From positions 176,700,001-176,764,000 of the forward strand of contig NC_091284.1 of NCBI RefSeq assembly GCF_032444005.1: a stretch of DNA of 64,000 bases. The letters are read 5' to 3'. Of this stretch, positions 59,675 to 64,000 are shown one piece after another. Under the pieces are notes generated by a model. It made no database searches and was not told the DNA's origin. It saw only the letters and a program-made list of their open reading frames with translations. The position numbers and the translations under genes were made by a program. The DNA comes from Ranitomeya imitator. Its lineage: Eukaryota. How positions within the stretch are numbered: the first letter of the stretch is position 1; each line of letters starts with the position of its first letter.

Positions 59675-59938
59675 TTAGGGTAAAAGCCACAGGTATTATT
59701 GGGCATCTGGAGTTTTATATATCCACGCGTATTCATTGTCCAGGTATACAGTTTTTAAATAGAATACATCCACATATGTGGTCAGTAATGAGTATTTGTT
59801 TGTAAAGACTTTCTTAAAAGCACCATTCACATAAAAGCCCACGGACTGCCAGCAAAGATAACTCTGTTCTGTAAAGAAACTAATACATTGTAGAAAACCG
59901 CAGATTTAATTACATAATCTATTTTTTTTTTTCAACAG

Positions 59939-60132
59939 AAGTTGATTATATTCTGAATTTTTTTGAAGTGCAAGATGCTAACTACATGCTACATTCTAAC
60001 GCATTATTAAGACCTGCATCTGTTCGGTCTCTAGGTGACAGAAATCCTACAAACACATGGCAGCTTTATTTTTTCCTGGCTCTAGGAGTTCTTCTCATTA
60101 ACAGACTGAGTATTTGGCCGGGATCCACATAG
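59939..60132 (+). CDS. Probable terminal coding exon of an unidentified host gene with a hydrophobic C-terminus
   Basis: Strong acceptor (T-run + caacag), a single open frame VDYILNFFEVQDANYMLHSNALLRPASVRSLGDRNPTNTWQLYFFLALGVLLINRLSIWPGST*, AATAAA at 60277-60282, non-repetitive context. Confidence 0.5.
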
Positions 60133-60288
60133 CAAGAAGGCATTTTAATGGATGATACACATATACAAGATGATGTTTTACTATAGTTGGGCTTATTATC
60201 CCTTAGTTTGCCTATCCAAGAAATCTTGTACTGCATTAATTATTTGTCTCTTGCTCACATCATGATGTACGATCACAATAAATAAATA

Positions 60289-61900
60289 CAGGTCCTTCTC
60301 AAAAAATTTGCATATAGTGTTAAATTTCATTATTTACCATAATGTAATGATTACAATTAAACTTTCATATATTATAGATTCATTATCCACCAACTGAAAT
60401 TTGTCAGGTCTTTTATTGTTTTAATACTGATGATTTTGGCATACAACTCCTGATAACCCAAAAAACCTGTCTCAATAAATTAGCATATCAAGAAAAGGTT
60501 CTCTAAACGACCTATTACCCTAATCTTCTGAATCAACTAATTAACTCTAAACACATGCAAAAGATACCTGAGGCTTTTATAAACTCCCTGCCTGGTTCAT
60601 TACTCAAAACCCCCATCATGGGTAAGACTAGCGACCTGACAGATGTCAAGAAGGCCATCATTAACACCCTCAAGCAAGAGGGTAAGACCCAGAAAGAAAT
60701 TTCTCAACAAATAGGCTGTTCCCAGAGTGCTGTATCAAGGCACCTCAATGGTAAGTCTGTTGGAAGGAAACAATGTGGCAGAAAACGCTGTACAACGAGA
60801 AGAGGAGACAGGACCCTGAGGAAGATTGTGGAGAAGGACCGATTCCAGACCTTGGGGAACCTGAGGAAGCAGTGGACTGAGTCTGGTGTGGAAACATCCA
60901 GAGCCACCGTGCACAGGCGTGTGCAGTAAATGGGCTACAGGTGCCGCATTCCCCAGGTAAAGCCACTTTTGAACCATAAACAGCGGCAGAGGCGCCTGAC
61001 CTGGGCTACAGAGAAGCAGCATTGGACTGTTGCTAAGTGGTCCCAAGTACTTTTTTCTGATGAAAGCAAATTTTGCATGTCATTCGGAAATCAAGGTGCC
61101 AGAGTCTGGAGGAAGACTGGGGAGAAGGAAATGCCAAAATGCCTGAAGTCCAGTGTCAAGTACCCACAGTCAGTGATGGTGTGGGGTGCCATGTCAGCTG
61201 CTGGTGTTGGTCCACTGTGTTTCATCAAGGGCAGGGTCAATGCAGCTAGCTATCAGGAGATTTTGGAGCACTTCATGCTTCCATCGGCTGAAATGCTTTA
61301 TGGAGATGAAGATTTCATTTTTCAGCACGACCTGGCACCTGCTCACAGTGCCAAAACCACTGGTAAATGGTTTACTGACCATGGTATTACTGTGCTCAAT
61401 TGGCCTGCCAACTCTCCTGACCTGAACCCCATAGAGAATCTGTGGGATATTGTGAAGAGAAAGTTGAGAGACGCAAGACCCAACACTCTGGATGAGCTTA
61501 AGGCCGCTATTGAAGCATCCTGGGCCTCCATAACATCTCAGCAGTGTCACAGGCTGATTGCCTCCATGCCACGCCGCATTGAAGCAGTCATTTCTGCCAA
61601 AGGATTCCCGACCAAGTATTGAGTGCATAACTGAACATTATTATTTGTTGGTTTTTTTGTTTGTTATTAAAAAACACTTTTATTTGATTGGATGGGTGAA
61701 ATATGCTAATTTATTGAGACAGGTTTTTTGGGTTATCAGGAGTTGTATGCCAAAATCATCAGTATTAAAAAATTAAAAGACCTGACAAATTTCAGTTGGT
61801 GGATAATGAATCTATAATATATGAAAGTTTAATTGTAATCATTACATTATGGTAAATAATGAAATTTAACACTATATGCTAATTTTTTGAGAAGGACCTG
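60289..61900 (+). mobile_element. Full-length Tc1 with long (about 200 bp) inverted repeats
   Basis: TA TSD, caggtccttctcaaaaaatt termini. Confidence 0.96.
60618..61622 (+). pseudogene. Tc1 DD34E transposase with one nonsense codon (TAA 60927-60929)
   Basis: The two ORFs are in the same frame; FSDESKF, FQHDLAPAH, SPDLNPIE. Confidence 0.94.
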
Positions 61901-62059
61901 TATATTGATTTATTGATTAGTACGTGTACACATTTTAGAGACTGCTCACGGGGAGTATATTTAAGATGTAAGGCCACACAAAAAATGTTCAATATAATGT
62001 GGGTCATATCTGCATCACAACTGCATAAAAAACTACAAAACTGCATGCATGTACGTGTT

Positions 62060-62810
62060 CATGAGTTAACCATCAAGAGGACACAGAACAACAATATTGA
62101 ACATGGCAGGACAGCAAGGAGAAAGTCACGGCTCCCCAAAAATATCATTGCTGCGCACCTGGACAAGCCTGAAGGTACAGGAACAATGATTTGTGGCTGG
62201 ATGAGACTAGTATTGAGATTTTTGTTTTAATCATACAGTAGGTAAAGCAAGAAAACATCCGCACTCCATTTGTGACACACGGTGATGGTACGATCATTGG
62301 TGTCAAGGAATGTTCTGTTTTTTTCGTATCTGGGCTGTCACTGATGGAATAAGGAACCCTGAACCATCAGATGGTTGAGAACATTCCTTTTTTCCTATGG
62401 CTACTACTGAATTTGGTTCATGCTCGGAAACCCTCCTTTGTGGCTGAATAACAAAAATTCTGCAAAGATAAGTGGGGCACAAATCCTCCAGAGAGTTGTA
62501 AAAGACTCATTGCCAGACAGTTATTGCAAATGCTTGATTGTTGTCGTCGTCGTCGTTGCTGCTGCGAAGGATAGCTCTACCAGTTATTACGTTTAGGAGG
62601 CAATCACTTTTTGACACAGGGCTCTGTAGGTTTTGATTTATTTTTCCCTTAATAAAAAAGACCTTCATTTAACAACTGCATTTTGTGATTACTTGTGTTA
62701 TCTTTGTTTAATATTTACATTGGTTTGGTGATCTGAAACATATAAGTGTGACAAATACGTAAAAAGAATAGGAGATCAGGAAGGAGGCAAACACTTTTCT
62801 ACACAACTAT
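62060..62810 (+). mobile_element. Heavily decayed Tc1 (right end related to the 9609 family)
   Basis: Transposase remnants; ends aggaggcaaacacttttctacacaac. Confidence 0.55.
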
Positions 62811-62815
62811 ATATA

Positions 62816-64000
62816 CAGTGGGGCAAAAAAGTATTTAGTCAGTCAGCAATAGTGCAAGTTCCACCACTTAAAAAGATGAGAGGCGTCTGTAATTTACATC
62901 ATAGGTAGACCTCAACTATGGGAGACAAACTGAGAAAAAAAAATCCAGAAAATCACATTGTCTGTTTTTTTAACATTTTATTTGCATATTATGGTGGAAA
63001 ATAAGTATTTGGTCAGAAACAAACAATCAAGATTTCTGGCTCTCACAGACCTGTAACTTCTTCTTTAAGAGTCTCCTCTTTCCTCCACTCATTACCTGTA
63101 GTAATGGCACCTGTTTAAACTTGTTATCAGTATAAAAAGACACCTGTGCACACCCTCAAACAGTCTGACTCCAAACTCCACTATGGTGAAGACCAAAGAG
63201 CTGTCAAAGGACACCAGAAACAAAATTGTAGCCCTGCACCAGGCTGGGAAGACTGAATCTGAAATAGCCAACCAGCTTGGAGTGAAGAAATCAACAGTGG
63301 GAGCAATAATTAGAAAATGGAAGACATACAAGACCACTGATAATCTCCCTCGATCTGGGGCTCCACGCAAAATCCCACCCCGTGGGGTCAGAATGATCAC
63401 AAGAACGGTGAGCAAAAATCCCAGAACCACGCGGGGGGACCTAGTGAATGAACTGCAGAGAGTTGGGACCAATGTAACAAGGCCTACCATAAGTAACACA
63501 CTACGCCACCATGGACTCAGATCCTGCAGTGCCAGACGTGTCCCACTGCTTAAGCCAGTACATGTCCGGGCCCGTCTGAAGTTTGCTAGAGAGCATTTGG
63601 ATGATCCAGAGGAGTTTTGGGAGAATGTCCTATGGTCTGATGAAACCAAACTGGAACTGTTTGGTAGAAACACAACTTGTCGTGTTTGGAGGAAAAAGAA
63701 TACTGAGTTGCATCCATCAAACACCATACCTACTGTAAAGCATGGTGGTGGAAACATCATGTTTTGGGGCTGTTTCTCTGCAAAGGGGCCTGGACGACTG
63801 ATCCGGGTACATGAAAGAATGAATGGGGCCATGTATAGTGAGATTTTGAGTGCAAACCTCCTTCCATCAGCAAGGGCATTGAAGATGAAACGTGGCTGGG
63901 TCTTTCAACATGACAATGATCCAAAGCACACCGCCAGGGCAACGAAGGAGTGGCTTCGTAAGAAGCATTTCAAGGTCCTGGAGTGGCCTAGCCAGTCTCC
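62816..64000 (+). mobile_element. Tc1 element running off the window end
   Basis: TA+cagtggggcaaaaaagtatttagtcag terminus. Confidence 0.93.
63183..64000 (+). CDS. Tc1 transposase, open to the window end (partial)
   Basis: [12 protein letters not shown]...WSDETK...FQHDNDPKH...EWPSQS with no stop. Confidence 0.9.
   Translation, partial: MVKTKELSKDTRNKIVALHQAGKTESEIANQLGVKKSTVGAIIRKWKTYKTTDNLPRSGAPRKIPPRGVRMITRTVSKNPRTTRGDLVNELQRVGTNVTRPTISNTLRHHGLRSCSARRVPLLKPVHVRARLKFAREHLDDPEEFWENVLWSDETKLELFGRNTTCRVWRKKNTELHPSNTIPTVKHGGGNIMFWGCFSAKGPGRLIRVHERMNGAMYSEILSANLLPSARALKMKRGWVFQHDNDPKHTARATKEWLRKKHFKVLEWPSQS

Overview
Eukaryotic, almost certainly amphibian (frog-type repeat families), DNA that is more than 90% transposable elements. 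There are no prokaryotic features, rRNA, tRNA genes or CRISPR. The core (about 11.3-49.9 kb) is a nest. A Neptune-like Penelope element (partial tandem, minus strand, hammerhead ribozymes in its pseudo-LTRs) was split by a sushi/chromovirus Gypsy element (G3). G3 was in turn hit by a Gmr1-type SCAN-gag Gypsy and by a very young chromovirus with identical LTRs (G2). The Penelope pseudo-LTRs received a Helitron (itself holding an intact Tc1), a Harbinger MITE and a 9.7-kb hAT transposon that carries a higher-order satellite array. Outside the nest are another full chromovirus (G1), an LTR element primed by tRNA-Ser(CGA) whose only visible ORF encodes a cold-shock domain, several Tc1 copies, MITEs, LINE fragments, an orphan hammerhead and one probable terminal exon of a plus-strand host gene. 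The most interesting signals are the cold-shock-domain LTR element, covarying self-priming (tRNA-independent) signatures in three chromovirus families, 6-bp TSDs, a possible PBS-removing intron, and satellite evolution inside the hAT element. All counts and alignments were done by eye; no database search was run.
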